Assembly: GCA_050253075.1 (NCBI GenBank)
Contig: JBFWJS010000001.1
Coordinates: forward strand, 192,001-256,000
DNA from: Deferribacterales bacterium
GTDB lineage: Bacteria; Chrysiogenota; Deferribacteres; Deferribacterales; Geovibrionaceae
Reading direction: 5' to 3'
DNA length: 64,000 bases
In this document: one piece after another, positions 39,868 to 50,569 of the stretch
How positions within the stretch are numbered: the first letter of the stretch is position 1
Layout: each line of letters begins with the position of its first letter
Translations under genes and position numbers: made by a program
Notes under the pieces: model-generated
What the model was told of the DNA's origin: nothing
Seen by the model: the letters and a program-made list of their open reading frames with translations, nothing else
The model's database searches: none

Positions 39868-39902
39868 CAACGGCTCAGAGCGAAAGTTTTGAGCCGTTTT
39901 TT
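39868..39902. terminator. Intrinsic terminator between convergent nucleotidase and dnaA
   Basis: AACGGCTCAGAGC-GAAA-GTTTTGAGCCGTTTTTT. Confidence 0.75.
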
Positions 39903-39955
39903 ATGTGGGGTGGATTATGTTTTTATTGATACTGATTGTTCTGAATATAATCTGA

Positions 39956-41296
39956 CTAGCACTGTGAGTAGAGGTCTTTCTCCAGAGTGGAGATGACCAG
40001 CTGAACCTCTTTGCTCTCTTCCAGCTTTGACGCTGTGGTATTGACAGCGTGAAGCACTGTGGAGTGGTCTCGTCCGCCAAAAATAGAGCCGACTTCCTGC
40101 AGAGACATATTCAGCTTTTCCCTCAGCATATACATGGCTATCTGACGGGGGTAGGATATGCTCTTCGTACGCTTTTTAGAGCGCAGGTCAGCCATCTTCA
40201 CATTAAAGTAGCTGCATACGGCATTGATGATATCCTCGGAGGATACCGCCCTGTCTTTCTTCACGATGAACTTGTCCAGAGCCTCTTTGGCGAGGTCTAT
40301 CGTCAGCCCTCTTTTATGGAAGGAGGCAAAGGCAGAGAGGCGCACAAGCGCACCCATAAGCTCACGCACGTTTTCAGTAAGCATGTTTTCGGCGATAAAG
40401 AGCGCAACTTCACTAGGGAGCTTAAGCCCCATGAATTCTGCCCTTTTCATAAGTATCGCTGTCTTTTCCTCTGTGCTCGGCGGCTGGATGTCCGCTATCA
40501 GTCCCCATGCGAAACGGCTCTTCAGCCTGTCTTCCATGTCGGGGATCTCCGCAGGGGTCTTATCACTTGTGATGATTATCTGCTTCTGATTGTCATAGAG
40601 AGCGTTGAAAGTGTTGAAGAACTCTTCGGTACTCCGCTGTTTCCCCGAGAGGAACTGAACATCGTCAAAAAGGAGAACGTCTATCGTGCGGTATCTCGCC
40701 TGAAATTCTTCCATCTTTCTTGTACGCAGAGAGTTGATCATATCGTTTGTGAAAGTTTCGGACGTGATGTATAAAACCTTCATCTTAGGGAACTTTTCAA
40801 GGATGCGGTTGCCCACGGCATGCATAAGGTGAGTCTTACCCAGACCGGAACCGCCGTATATAAAGAGCGGGTTATACTGCATGAACTGCCCTTCGGAGAC
40901 AGCCTCACATGCGGAGAAAGAGAATTCGTTGGACGAACCAGCCACGAAGTTTGTGAATGTATAGTCTTTATTAAGTCCGGAGCCGTTCTTATGAACAAAG
41001 GCGGATGCACCTGCGGCCACTTTGGACGCTTCCTGAGAAGGCTGCTTCTTCACACCGCCGACGACAACTGTCACATCCGCGTCGATGCTGAGGTTATCAT
41101 TAAAGACTTTCTTTATATGTGTGAGGAATTTATCGTCTGCCCATTTCTTATAGAATTTATTAGGTGCAGAGAGAGTGACCATATCGCCCCTGAGCTCTGC
41201 TATGGAGAGAGGCTCGAGCCATGTTTTGATCTCGCTGTCTTCAAGTATTCCCTGCAGGTTCTTCAGAACCTCTTCCCAGACGCTGCTTTCATCCAT
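39956..41296 (-). CDS. dnaA: Chromosomal replication initiator DnaA
   Basis: YNPLFIYGGSGLGKTHL, DDVQFL, RLKSRF.WGL, FGGRDHSTV. Confidence 0.97.
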   Translation of the reverse strand: MDESSVWEEVLKNLQGILEDSEIKTWLEPLSIAELRGDMVTLSAPNKFYKKWADDKFLTHIKKVFNDNLSIDADVTVVVGGVKKQPSQEASKVAAGASAFVHKNGSGLNKDYTFTNFVAGSSNEFSFSACEAVSEGQFMQYNPLFIYGGSGLGKTHLMHAVGNRILEKFPKMKVLYITSETFTNDMINSLRTRKMEEFQARYRTIDVLLFDDVQFLSGKQRSTEEFFNTFNALYDNQKQIIITSDKTPAEIPDMEDRLKSRFAWGLIADIQPPSTEEKTAILMKRAEFMGLKLPSEVALFIAENMLTENVRELMGALVRLSAFASFHKRGLTIDLAKEALDKFIVKKDRAVSSEDIINAVCSYFNVKMADLRSKKRTKSISYPRQIAMYMLREKLNMSLQEVGSIFGGRDHSTVLHAVNTTASKLEESKEVQLVISTLEKDLYSQC

Positions 41297-41427
41297 TCGA
41301 ATAAATCCCGGCTTTAGGTCGTTTTTTCACTGACCCGAATTTTATGAGGAACGACCAATATAACAAATCGGTTTCGAAATGTATAGGGGATAAAACATGA
41401 AAATCCTGACTAGGGCGGTGTTTTCCG

Positions 41428-42675
41428 CTACTTCAGGATGTAAACTGTCTTTGGTCCTTTGAAGATGTCGGCTGCTTTCTTGATATCATCGACACTTATC
41501 CCTTTAAGTACATTGATATAATTCTCAAAGTACTCGCTGCCGAGCCCTGCATTTTCAAAGAAGCACGCATACCAAGCCTGTTTCGAATTTGTCTGAGAAT
41601 CTATCAGTATCCTTCCGAGCACATAGTTGCGCACGGATTCAAGCTCTGCATCGGTGAGGTCATTTATAAAGTCTCTGTTCAGCCTTTCGATGGTTTCCAG
41701 AGCGTCCTGAACATTCTGCTCAGCGAGCCCTATGTGTGCGATGTACCTCGATGCGCATATCCTCGAAGGATAGAATGCGCCTACGGAATAGGCATAGCCC
41801 TTATCCTTACGCAGTACGTTGAAGTATCTGCTGCTCATGCCTCCGCCTAGTATGTCGGAGATGAGCTTCACGGCGGGGTATGTTTCAGACGATGCAGACG
41901 GAGCGGTATATCCTATGAACAGCTTAGCCTGCTGCAGTTTCTCATCGAATTCCTCTATCTTCACATCTTCTTTTATGACGCTTGCACCGCATTCCGCCTC
42001 AAAGGGTTTCCCCTTCGGCAGTTTTGCGAATATTGCCTTGATCTTTGTGAGCTGTTCGGGGGTGTATTTACCCGCCACGGCCACAGTGATATTTGCACCC
42101 TGCAGTAGCTCTTTGCCGTAGGACTTCATGTCCGCAACAGTCAGGGTGTCTACACTTTCGATGGTCCCTTCGGAGTTCATCCCGTAAGGGTGCCCTTTGT
42201 ATGTCGCAGCCATAAAGCTCTTCATGGCTCTGGCATCAGGGTTATCCTGAGATGCTTTTATCCCTTCTTTCTGAAGGTTTTTATCATGTTCGAATATCTT
42301 TTCGTCTATCTTAGGATTCAGGATGAGTTCGCCGTAGCTGTCTATCATCTTATCGAAATATTCGGCAGGAATGGAGAACGTGGTCTCTACAAAGTCGGTA
42401 CCGACGGATGAGTATATACCTCCGCCGTAAAACTCTGTCTGTTTGATGAGGTCGCTGGATTTAACCCATACGGAGCTGAAGAGTGAGCCTACGCCGTTCT
42501 TCGCCTCTGTTTCTCTCACAGTGCCGCCGCGCACGAAAAATACCACTGAGAGCGTCTCAGTGTAGTCCCTGTTTATCTCGATAAATTTAACGCCATTGTC
42601 CAGCAACGATTTCCCTCCGGCGAAAGCGGACACCGCCATAAATAATAGTGTTAGAAACAAAACCGCTTTTCTCAT
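41428..42675 (-). CDS. Exported M16 peptidase family protein, probably non-catalytic (no HxxEH)
   Basis: Signal peptide; LDNG, ILGGGMSSR..LR.DKG.AY. The active-site position reads SLFSS. Confidence 0.8.
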   Translation of the reverse strand: MRKAVLFLTLLFMAVSAFAGGKSLLDNGVKFIEINRDYTETLSVVFFVRGGTVRETEAKNGVGSLFSSVWVKSSDLIKQTEFYGGGIYSSVGTDFVETTFSIPAEYFDKMIDSYGELILNPKIDEKIFEHDKNLQKEGIKASQDNPDARAMKSFMAATYKGHPYGMNSEGTIESVDTLTVADMKSYGKELLQGANITVAVAGKYTPEQLTKIKAIFAKLPKGKPFEAECGASVIKEDVKIEEFDEKLQQAKLFIGYTAPSASSETYPAVKLISDILGGGMSSRYFNVLRKDKGYAYSVGAFYPSRICASRYIAHIGLAEQNVQDALETIERLNRDFINDLTDAELESVRNYVLGRILIDSQTNSKQAWYACFFENAGLGSEYFENYINVLKGISVDDIKKAADIFKGPKTVYILK

Positions 42676-42683
42676 CAATTACC

Positions 42684-43286
42684 TCAGTCTATGTATACTT
42701 TCCTGCCCTCTATGCGGAGTCTGTCGTCACAGAACAGCTTTACCGCTTCGGGGTATATTCTATGTTCTTCGACAAGTATCCTCGCAGAAAGTTCGTCTTC
42801 GGTGTCGGTCTGCTCCACAGGCACAACAGCCTGCAGGATGATGGCTCCGTTGTCCATCTCTTCATCCACAAAGTGGACGGTGCATCCCGCAAATCTCACT
42901 CCGTATTCCAGAGCGTCCCTCTGCCCGTGCAGTCCTTTGAAGGAAGGGAGCAGCGCAGGGTGTATGTTTATTATCCTGTTGCGGAAAGCCTCGATGAAAA
43001 GCGGCGATATCAGCCTCATATACCCCGCAAGGCACACAAGGTCTGTCCCCTTTTCATTAAGTATCCGCACAAGCTCTGCGTCGTATGCATCACGGTCTGC
43101 GAATGCCTTCGGGTCTACAAAGCGTGCGTCCAGTCCGTTCTCACGGGCAAATTCCAGCCCTTTCGAGTCCGCCTTATTGCTGACGACAACTGCTATCTCG
43201 CCGTTTATATCGCCTGCATCCACAGCTTTTTTAATAGACATGAAGTTGCTCCCCCTGCCGGAGAGCAGAACCGCTATCTTTTTCAA
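42684..43286 (-). CDS. purN: Phosphoribosylglycinamide formyltransferase
   Basis: SGRGSN, LAGYM, INIHPALLP, GCTVHFV. Confidence 0.96.
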   Translation of the reverse strand: MKKIAVLLSGRGSNFMSIKKAVDAGDINGEIAVVVSNKADSKGLEFARENGLDARFVDPKAFADRDAYDAELVRILNEKGTDLVCLAGYMRLISPLFIEAFRNRIINIHPALLPSFKGLHGQRDALEYGVRFAGCTVHFVDEEMDNGAIILQAVVPVEQTDTEDELSARILVEEHRIYPEAVKLFCDDRLRIEGRKVYID

Positions 43287-44317
43287 TTTATCCCCTCGAT
43301 CTCAACTTCGCCGCTGTCTGTTACGGTTCCGATAACACAGGCATCATCTATGAGGCTCATGCATTTTTCCGCTTCAGACTGTTCCAGTATCATGATGTAG
43401 CCTATACCCATGTTGAAAACACGATAGAGCTCTTTCTCTTCGATACCGGATCTCTCGAGGATGAATTTATATATGCCCGGTGTGGGGAACGCGTCAGGAT
43501 TTATCTTCACGCCCTTCCCTTCGGGGAGAACACGGGGGATATTGTCATAAAATCCGCCGCCTGTGATATGCACCATACCTTTGATGTCTATGCCCTTTTC
43601 GATAACGCTGAGCACCTGCTGCACGTATATGCGTGTCGGTGCGAGGAGCGCATGCTTGAGCTGTACATCATCATAAAGAACGTCGTCGTTGCTCATGCCG
43701 AGCTTATCGTAAAAGAGCTTTCTGGCGAGGGAGAATCCGTTGCTGTGGAGTCCGCTGGACGGCAGCCCCACGAGAACATCGCCCTTTGTAATGCGGTCGC
43801 CTGTAATGGCTTTCGGCTTGTCAAGGATGCCCACGGCGAATCCCGCAAGGTCGAAATCCTCACCTGAATACATTCCGGGCATCTCTGCTGTCTCTCCGCC
43901 CACGAGCGGTGATCCTGCCTGACGACAGCCTTCTGCTATACCTTCCACAACCTTTGCCATCTTCTCAGAGCTGAGCTTTCCTGTCGCCATATAGTCGAGG
44001 AAGAAGAGCGGCTTTGCTCCTGTGACGATAATGTCGTTAACGCACATAGCCACAAGGTCTATGCCCACTGTGTTCAGTATGTCGGAGTCTATCGCCACTT
44101 TCAGCTTTGTACCCACTCCGTCTGTGCCCGATACGAGCACGGGATGCTCCATCCCCTTAGCCGATGCTATGTCAAAGAAGCCGGCGAATCCGCCGATGCT
44201 TCCGAGTACGTTTTCGTTATATGTGGACTCTACGGTCTTTTTAATGACGGAGACAAACCTGTTCCCCTCGTCTATGTCCACGCCGCTGTTTTTATAGTCA
44301 AGCCCTTTGTCAGACAC
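43283..44317 (-). CDS. purM: Phosphoribosylformylglycinamidine cyclo-ligase
   Basis: GTDGVGTK, GGETAEMPG, SSGLHSNG, HITGGG. Confidence 0.96.
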   Translation of the reverse strand: MSDKGLDYKNSGVDIDEGNRFVSVIKKTVESTYNENVLGSIGGFAGFFDIASAKGMEHPVLVSGTDGVGTKLKVAIDSDILNTVGIDLVAMCVNDIIVTGAKPLFFLDYMATGKLSSEKMAKVVEGIAEGCRQAGSPLVGGETAEMPGMYSGEDFDLAGFAVGILDKPKAITGDRITKGDVLVGLPSSGLHSNGFSLARKLFYDKLGMSNDDVLYDDVQLKHALLAPTRIYVQQVLSVIEKGIDIKGMVHITGGGFYDNIPRVLPEGKGVKINPDAFPTPGIYKFILERSGIEEKELYRVFNMGIGYIMILEQSEAEKCMSLIDDACVIGTVTDSGEVEIEGIN

Positions 44318-44332
44318 TTCTCACCTCAAATA

Positions 44333-46381
44333 TCATTTATCGCCCTTAACGAGCCTCTGTATCTCTTCTTTTATAGCTTTTTCCAAAAGTCCGGGGAGCT
44401 CCTCACGCAGGATAGCGGATATCCTTTCAGAGAGCATTCCCTTCACGGTGCTTCTCAGCGCATCGTCGTCTATGCTTTCGCTGACTGCCTGTGCCACAGT
44501 ATCCTCAGCAGGTGCATCTTCGCTGAGCTTAATATCGTCTTCTTCATCGTCGAAGACAGGCTCGTCGTCCAGACAGTCCAGACACTCTTCAGCCTCGTCC
44601 AGCGCATCGTCTATGTCGCCTGCGGATGTATATCCGGGAGTCCCGTCTTCATTGATGCTGTCGAGCAGTTCGTCAAATCCGTCGACATCAGGGTCTGGCT
44701 CAGGCTCTTCGATCAGCATCTCGACCTCGTCCTCTATGGCGGGCTCTTCCTCTGCCTTCTCTTCGTCAAATTCCTCGAGACCTGCGAAAGGATCGTCCGA
44801 GGCAGGTTCAGGCTCCGCCTTCACCATCTCCTCCATGAATTCATCCTCTGCAGATTCTTCAATTTCCGCTTCCTCTTCGGATTCAGCCTCTGCCGACTCC
44901 TCCTCGAGTATTTCGTCTATGCTTTTACCCGCCGCAGGCTCATTTGGTATCTCACTGAGCATGCTTTGGATATCTTCATCTATATCGTCAGACCCTTCCG
45001 ATGTTTCCTCTTCTGAAACTTCTTCATCGGCGATCTTCTCTTCGTCCACCTCTGTCAGCCCTGCGAAAGGGTCAGACTCTTCATCGGCTATTTCGGCCAT
45101 AGCCTCAAGCTCTTCAGGCAGTTCCACGGCTTCGGATTCCTCTGCCGCTTTGGCGAGGATATCGTCTACGGATTCTTCCTCTGCGGGCTCTTCCTCTTCG
45201 GCTGTTTCCAGCTCCATAAGGAGGCTTTCTGCGGTAGCTTCTATATCTGCGGATTCGGCTCCGTCTATTTCGTCTATGATGACGGGCTCGCCCTCTTCCG
45301 CCTCTGTTTCAAACAGATTGTCCAGATCAGCGACAGGTATGCCGCTCTCCTGTGTTTCATCCGTATCTTCTGATGCTCCGCCCATTGCCGCTTCTGCGAG
45401 GAGGTCGTCTATGGATTCCTCCGCAGGCATTTCAAGCGGTGCATCGGCAAGCTCTTCGAGAAGGGCTTCAGCGGATGTTTCATCCCCGCCTTCGTCGAGC
45501 CCTGCGAAGAAGTCCTGCTCGGCTTCCTCTTCCCCTTCGGCTTCTTCGTCTTTCACTTCGTATGGGTCCTCCGCCAGCTCGTCTAGCAGTGCGGTGCTGT
45601 CCATCTCTTCCTCTTCATCCTCTTCGGCTGCGGCATCTTCACCCTCTTCACCGGGCTTGTCTGCCAGTTCTTCGAGGAGGTCTGCCACATCGTCTTCGAT
45701 GGAGGGCTCTTCCTCGACTGCTTCCTCAGCGTCGTCTTCGGATTCCTCATCTATCTCAGGCAGTTCTATCTCTTCGTCGTCGAGCTCTTCGGCTTCTTCT
45801 TCCATATCTAGCTCGTCTGTGTCTATCTCTTCATCTTCGGCTGTGATGTCATCTTCAAATTCGATATCCTCTACAGCCTCGTCGGAAAGTTCTTCTTCCT
45901 CGGTTTCCTCTATATCTTCGGCTTCCTCTTCGTCGGCCTCTTCTATTTCGTCCTCTATTTCGTCTTCGGCTATTTCGCCTTCATCACCGGCGGGGACAGC
46001 TGCGGCTGCGAGGGAATGCTCACCGCTGAGACCAGTCTCTATCTTTTCTTCGAGCGCTTCAGAGTCGAAGGGTTTATAGATGAAGTCGTTTGCTCCGGAT
46101 TCTGCGCACTGGGTTTCCTCGAACTGGTCGAAAGCCCCCACAAGGAGTATCACCCAGCAGTCGGAACAATGCTCACGCACCACAGCGACCATCTCGCTGG
46201 ATTTTATGTTCGCCAGTTTATTATCCAGCAGAACAAGATCAGGCTTTTCAGATTTCAGCTTTGAGACGGCCTCTTCTCTGGAGAAAACCTTGCTGACATC
46301 ATACCTTTCCTTATCCACACAGAGGTCTATCACTCTGTGTATGGTCACACTGTCGTCTATAAGCAGTATCTTCTTTTTCAT
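44333..46381 (-). CDS. RomR-like response regulator: receiver domain, very long acidic linker, C-terminal helical domain
   Basis: LIDD...LLD...KPF receiver; about 500 Glu/Asp-rich residues; C-terminus LREELPGLLEKAIKEEIQRL. Confidence 0.8.
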   Translation of the reverse strand: MKKKILLIDDSVTIHRVIDLCVDKERYDVSKVFSREEAVSKLKSEKPDLVLLDNKLANIKSSEMVAVVREHCSDCWVILLVGAFDQFEETQCAESGANDFIYKPFDSEALEEKIETGLSGEHSLAAAAVPAGDEGEIAEDEIEDEIEEADEEEAEDIEETEEEELSDEAVEDIEFEDDITAEDEEIDTDELDMEEEAEELDDEEIELPEIDEESEDDAEEAVEEEPSIEDDVADLLEELADKPGEEGEDAAAEEDEEEEMDSTALLDELAEDPYEVKDEEAEGEEEAEQDFFAGLDEGGDETSAEALLEELADAPLEMPAEESIDDLLAEAAMGGASEDTDETQESGIPVADLDNLFETEAEEGEPVIIDEIDGAESADIEATAESLLMELETAEEEEPAEEESVDDILAKAAEESEAVELPEELEAMAEIADEESDPFAGLTEVDEEKIADEEVSEEETSEGSDDIDEDIQSMLSEIPNEPAAGKSIDEILEEESAEAESEEEAEIEESAEDEFMEEMVKAEPEPASDDPFAGLEEFDEEKAEEEPAIEDEVEMLIEEPEPDPDVDGFDELLDSINEDGTPGYTSAGDIDDALDEAEECLDCLDDEPVFDDEEDDIKLSEDAPAEDTVAQAVSESIDDDALRSTVKGMLSERISAILREELPGLLEKAIKEEIQRLVKGDK

Positions 46382-46521
46382 GAAATCCCTCATTAACCGA
46401 AGCGCGGTCTCACAGCACACACGTGTACTGCGGGAACAATAGTCCTAATTTATTATATTATCACCTTAGATGTTAATAATCAACAGTATGAGGCGTTAAG
46501 ATGCGGATAAAATAAGGGTTT

Positions 46522-47013
46522 TCAGCATACGCTTGTGGGTTCGCCGTAGAGATTGGTTATATACCTGTTAACACACGTAGGGACAAATTCTGAAACGTCC
46601 CCTTTATGGGCTGCGACCTCACGTACCATACTGGACGAAAGGAAGATATATTCCTGATTAGGCATGAGAAAAACTGTTTCGAAGTCCTTCTCCATCTTTC
46701 TGTTCATAAGGGCAAGCTGGAATTCGTACTCGAAGTCGCTTACGGCACGAAGCCCGCGAACCACGACGTTTGCTTTCATCTTTTTCATGAATTTTATGAG
46801 CAGACATGTGAAAGGCACAACCTCGATGTTATCCACACCTTTGAAGGTCTCCTTCGCCATCGCCACTCTTTCTTCAAGACTGAATGCCGTATTCTTCTTT
46901 CGGTTCTCAGACACAGCTATTATCATTTTATCAAAGAGCTTTGCGCCTCTCAGCGCTATGTCCACATGACCGTTTGTGAGCGGGTCGAATGTACCCGGGT
47001 AAAGTGCAATCAT
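46522..47013 (-). CDS. coaD: Pantetheine-phosphate adenylyltransferase
   Basis: YPGTFDPLTNGH, RGLRAVSDFEYE, SSS. Confidence 0.96.
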   Translation of the reverse strand: MIALYPGTFDPLTNGHVDIALRGAKLFDKMIIAVSENRKKNTAFSLEERVAMAKETFKGVDNIEVVPFTCLLIKFMKKMKANVVVRGLRAVSDFEYEFQLALMNRKMEKDFETVFLMPNQEYIFLSSSMVREVAAHKGDVSEFVPTCVNRYITNLYGEPTSVC

Positions 47014-47540
47014 ATCATCACCGAAAGATAGTATATTTTCGTATCTCCGTACTTTTTCTCACCGTCGAGCTCAAAGCCCTCAGGCAGTTCAAAAGCCGTC
47101 CTTACGCTCTCTTCATATATCAAAATACCTTCATTTGCAAGGATTTCATGTTTTTTTACAAGCTCCAGAAGCTCCTTTGGATCGAGTTTTCCATAAGGCG
47201 GGTCGATAAAAACTATGTCGAATTTTTCACTAAAACGCTCGATAACGCTCTCAACCTTCCCTTTTATCAACTGAAACGTGCCTTTTTCTGCCATTTCACA
47301 GTTCTTTTTGGCGAAATCAGGCTTAATATCCACAAATGTACAGTGGGATGCGCCCCTACTGAGAGCTTCCAGCCCGAAGGCACCTGTTCCGCAGAAAAGA
47401 TCAAGCACTTTTGCCCCCTCCACCCTGTCATACAGGCTGGAGAAGATAGCATTACGCACCTTATCCGTTGTGGGTCTGACTGATGAGTCTTTCGGCGTAG
47501 TCAGCGATTTGTTCTTGAAGCTGCCGCTTATTATCTTCAC
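47010..47540 (-). CDS. rsmD: 16S rRNA m2G966 methyltransferase
   Basis: RPTTDKVR, LDLFCGTG, DPPY, KYG. Confidence 0.93.
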   Translation of the reverse strand: MKIISGSFKNKSLTTPKDSSVRPTTDKVRNAIFSSLYDRVEGAKVLDLFCGTGAFGLEALSRGASHCTFVDIKPDFAKKNCEMAEKGTFQLIKGKVESVIERFSEKFDIVFIDPPYGKLDPKELLELVKKHEILANEGILIYEESVRTAFELPEGFELDGEKKYGDTKIYYLSVMI

Positions 47541-48492
47541 CCGATGTCTCCAGTATCTTCTTTGCTACATGCACAAAATCAGGCTTTGCGCCCTCTTTTA
47601 TGCTTACTTTGTCTTTGTGCATATTCTTCAGATATGCCTTATAACCATATGCTGTATTTAAATATTGCTGCGCAATCTCTAAATCATTACCCATTTCGAA
47701 AAAGGTTTGAATCACAACTGTTTTTGCCATATCACCCATAGCAGGATGATATGCTCCGGCCAGTGCAGATTCCTTTACGGACGGACTGTCATGCAGCCCC
47801 ATCCTTATCACATCAGAACCCGATGCTGTCAGCATTATATATCCGTATGCGCATTTTGCAACCGCCTCGGCGAGAGTCAGCGGTTTATACGCTCCGCTCC
47901 CGTAAAGCTCAGCCAGCTCCGTTTCCTCTATCACCACAGTAGGATATATCCTTGCATAGTCTGCATTCACCGACATTGCCGTATCGACAGTCGACGCAAA
48001 AGTGTCGTCTGTCTCCGTATACATCCCCGCCATAAGCTGTATGCCGAGGGATATACCGCTCGATTTTATAAGCTCGATGGCACGCAGACACTGGGCAGAA
48101 TCATAGGGTCTTTTATTCGCTTTCAACACATCGTCGTCGAATGACTGTACGCCAAGCTCTATTGTTTTGACATTATTTTCGATACTTTCACGGATGATTT
48201 CTTCATTTATGCAGTCGGGAGAGGTGGAAAACCTTAAAGTACTGATACCTGTTTCATGGGCAAGTACATACAGAGATTTACGAATCCCGTCAGGAAGACA
48301 GCTGAAACTGCCCCCATAGAATGCAAGCTCTGTCCACTCCACATCCATAGACATACATTCGTCTATCTGATCTTTTGCAGATGTTAAGACATTGCTGGGT
48401 TTTATCCCTGTGATGCGGTGCTGATTACAATAGACACATCTGGAGGTGCAGCCTGCAAATGTTATAAAGACGGGGAGTATTTTATTTTTCAT
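47461..48492 (-). CDS. Radical SAM protein (Elp3/HemN-like, rnc-associated)
   Basis: GCTSRCVYCNQ (CxxxCxxC), AFYGGSF, ELGVQS, RIYPT. Confidence 0.85.
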   Translation of the reverse strand: MKNKILPVFITFAGCTSRCVYCNQHRITGIKPSNVLTSAKDQIDECMSMDVEWTELAFYGGSFSCLPDGIRKSLYVLAHETGISTLRFSTSPDCINEEIIRESIENNVKTIELGVQSFDDDVLKANKRPYDSAQCLRAIELIKSSGISLGIQLMAGMYTETDDTFASTVDTAMSVNADYARIYPTVVIEETELAELYGSGAYKPLTLAEAVAKCAYGYIMLTASGSDVIRMGLHDSPSVKESALAGAYHPAMGDMAKTVVIQTFFEMGNDLEIAQQYLNTAYGYKAYLKNMHKDKVSIKEGAKPDFVHVAKKILETSGEDNKRQLQEQIADYAERLISQTHNG

Positions 48493-49186
48493 TTCCCAGA
48501 GCTTTGAGAGCGTTCTTTGCTGCGTCTTTCTCTGCGCTCTTCTTTGTCTTGCCTATCCCTTTTTCACAGACGAGGTCCTGCACTTCCACCCTTACTACGA
48601 ATATCTTATCATGCTCAGGACCTTTCTCGTCCAGCACGGTGTATTCGGGGAGGGAGCCGTATTTCCTCTGGGATATCTTCTGAAGCTCGCTTTTCGCATC
48701 TACAAAGGAGCAGTTCGATATGTCCTCGTCTATGCGTGAGCCGAAGTGGGTTATGATGATCTGTCTGGCAAAGTCATATCCGCCGTCGAGGTAGATAGCA
48801 GCCACCACAGACTCGAATATGTCGCAAAGGAGGGATTCTTTATATTTGCCGCCGGACGCTTTTTCACCCTTACCCAGCAGAATGTATTCGCCGAGTTTGA
48901 GTTCAATGGCTACCTTGCTTAAGAATCCTTCGCTGACGAAATATCCACGGAGCTTGGATAAAAGACCTTCGTCATAGTCTTTATACCTGTCCAGCAGATA
49001 CTCTGTAACAATAAGCTGGAGTACCGCGTCTCCGAGGAACTCCAGCCTTTCATAGTTTTGTTTATTCTTTTTTTCGTGAGCGTATGACCTGTGTGTCAGA
49101 GCCTCAAGCACGATAGACCTGTCGGAAAAGCTGTAACCAAGACGCTTCTCAAGCGACTCTATGTCTATCCCTGCTACGCTATTCAT
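48482..49186 (-). CDS. rnc: Ribonuclease III
   Basis: [17 protein letters not shown], dsRBD. Confidence 0.97.
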   Translation of the reverse strand: MNSVAGIDIESLEKRLGYSFSDRSIVLEALTHRSYAHEKKNKQNYERLEFLGDAVLQLIVTEYLLDRYKDYDEGLLSKLRGYFVSEGFLSKVAIELKLGEYILLGKGEKASGGKYKESLLCDIFESVVAAIYLDGGYDFARQIIITHFGSRIDEDISNCSFVDAKSELQKISQRKYGSLPEYTVLDEKGPEHDKIFVVRVEVQDLVCEKGIGKTKKSAEKDAAKNALKALGNEK

Positions 49187-50423
49187 ATTTCTTAAATATC
49201 AGTGTACCGTTTGTACCACCGAAGCCGAAGGAGTTGCTGAGGGCGTATTTGACCTCTTTTTCCTGAGCTTTATTAGGTACATAGTCCAGCGGACAGTCTG
49301 GGTCCTGGTTTTCAAGGTTGATAGTAGGAGGCAGTATGCCCTTTTCTATCGCCATACAGCAGTAAATACCCTCGACACTACCCGCAGCACCGAGAAGGTG
49401 GCCTGTCATAGACTTTGTAGAGCTTACCTTCAGTTTCTGTGCGTGCTCACCGAAAACTTCTTTAAGAGCGAGAGACTCACCCTTGTCATTAAACGGTGTG
49501 GATGTACCGTGAGCGTTCACATAGTCGATATCAGACGGTGCGATGCCTGCATCTTTAAGAGCAGCTCTCATGCATCTGATAGCTCCGTCGCCTGTCTCGT
49601 CAGGTGCTGTCATGTGATAAGCATCTGCGGAAGCGCCGTAACCTGCGAATTCGCCGTATATTTTGGCTCCTCTGGCCTGAGCATGCTCAAGTGATTCGAG
49701 AAGCATGATACCGCATCCCTCGCCCATTACAAATCCGTCACGGTCTTTGTCGAATGGTCTGGAAGCAGCTTTAGGATCTTCGTTTCTTTTAGAGAGAGCC
49801 TTCATGTTTGAGAAACCGCCGATGGCGAGTGCTGTGATGGAGCTCTCTGTTCCGCCTGCGAGCATAACGTCGGCATCACCGCGCTGGATGATCTTTGCTG
49901 CTTCGCCGATGGAGTGTGTACCTGTTGTGCAGGCAGTAACGATGGAGAGGTTAGGGCCTTTGAATCCGAACTGGATGGAAACGCCGCCGCTCGCCATGTT
50001 AATGATGGAAGTAGGAATGAAGAAAGGAGAAATCTTTTTAACGCCTTTTTCATCGTATGCTCTTGTTGTCTCTTCAATAGCCTGGAATCCGCCGATACCT
50101 GAGCCGACACATGTTCCGCATCTGTCGAGATCAAATTTCTCTGCATCGAATTCAGCCATATTAAGAGCCATCTGTGATGCCACGATAGCGTATGTTACGA
50201 ATCTTTCATGTCTTTTCACAGATTTAGGATCAACAAAGTCTCCGGGCTCGAAATTTTTCACGAGTCCTGCAAATTTTACAGGCAGCTCAGTGGTGTCCAG
50301 TCTGTCCTCAGGGATAAAATCTATACCGGATATACCGTTCACCAGAGAGTTCCAGTTTGCTTCATTACCTATACCGATAGGTGTGATGAGGCCATAGCCT
50401 GTTACAACTACTCTTTTCTTCAC
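49179..50423 (-). CDS. fabF: Beta-ketoacyl-ACP synthase II
   Basis: GTG start after [39 protein letters not shown]. Confidence 0.96.
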   Translation of the reverse strand: MKKRVVVTGYGLITPIGIGNEANWNSLVNGISGIDFIPEDRLDTTELPVKFAGLVKNFEPGDFVDPKSVKRHERFVTYAIVASQMALNMAEFDAEKFDLDRCGTCVGSGIGGFQAIEETTRAYDEKGVKKISPFFIPTSIINMASGGVSIQFGFKGPNLSIVTACTTGTHSIGEAAKIIQRGDADVMLAGGTESSITALAIGGFSNMKALSKRNEDPKAASRPFDKDRDGFVMGEGCGIMLLESLEHAQARGAKIYGEFAGYGASADAYHMTAPDETGDGAIRCMRAALKDAGIAPSDIDYVNAHGTSTPFNDKGESLALKEVFGEHAQKLKVSSTKSMTGHLLGAAGSVEGIYCCMAIEKGILPPTINLENQDPDCPLDYVPNKAQEKEVKYALSNSFGFGGTNGTLIFKKYE

Positions 50424-50569
50424 AAAATCCTCCACAAAACACAGAGCCCGTGCCCTGCTTGCGCTAAAATTATATAAAGGCCACAACAGACGTAGCTGTA
50501 GTGACCGTTTTCTTGTAAGTTATTAAACAGTTGGGGGCATGTTATGCCCCCTGTAAAGTTGATATCTTA

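Noticed and set aside
44307..46079. 590-aa Ser-rich plus-strand ORF
   Set aside because: Antisense shadow of the Glu/Asp-rich regulator; GAA/GAG/GAT/GAC repeats read as Ser-rich codons in an offset antisense frame.
46311..46837. Two perfect DnaA boxes (TTATCCACA at 46311 and 46829) as oriC
   Set aside because: Both are inside coding sequence, about 500 bp apart and unclustered; compatible with chance.
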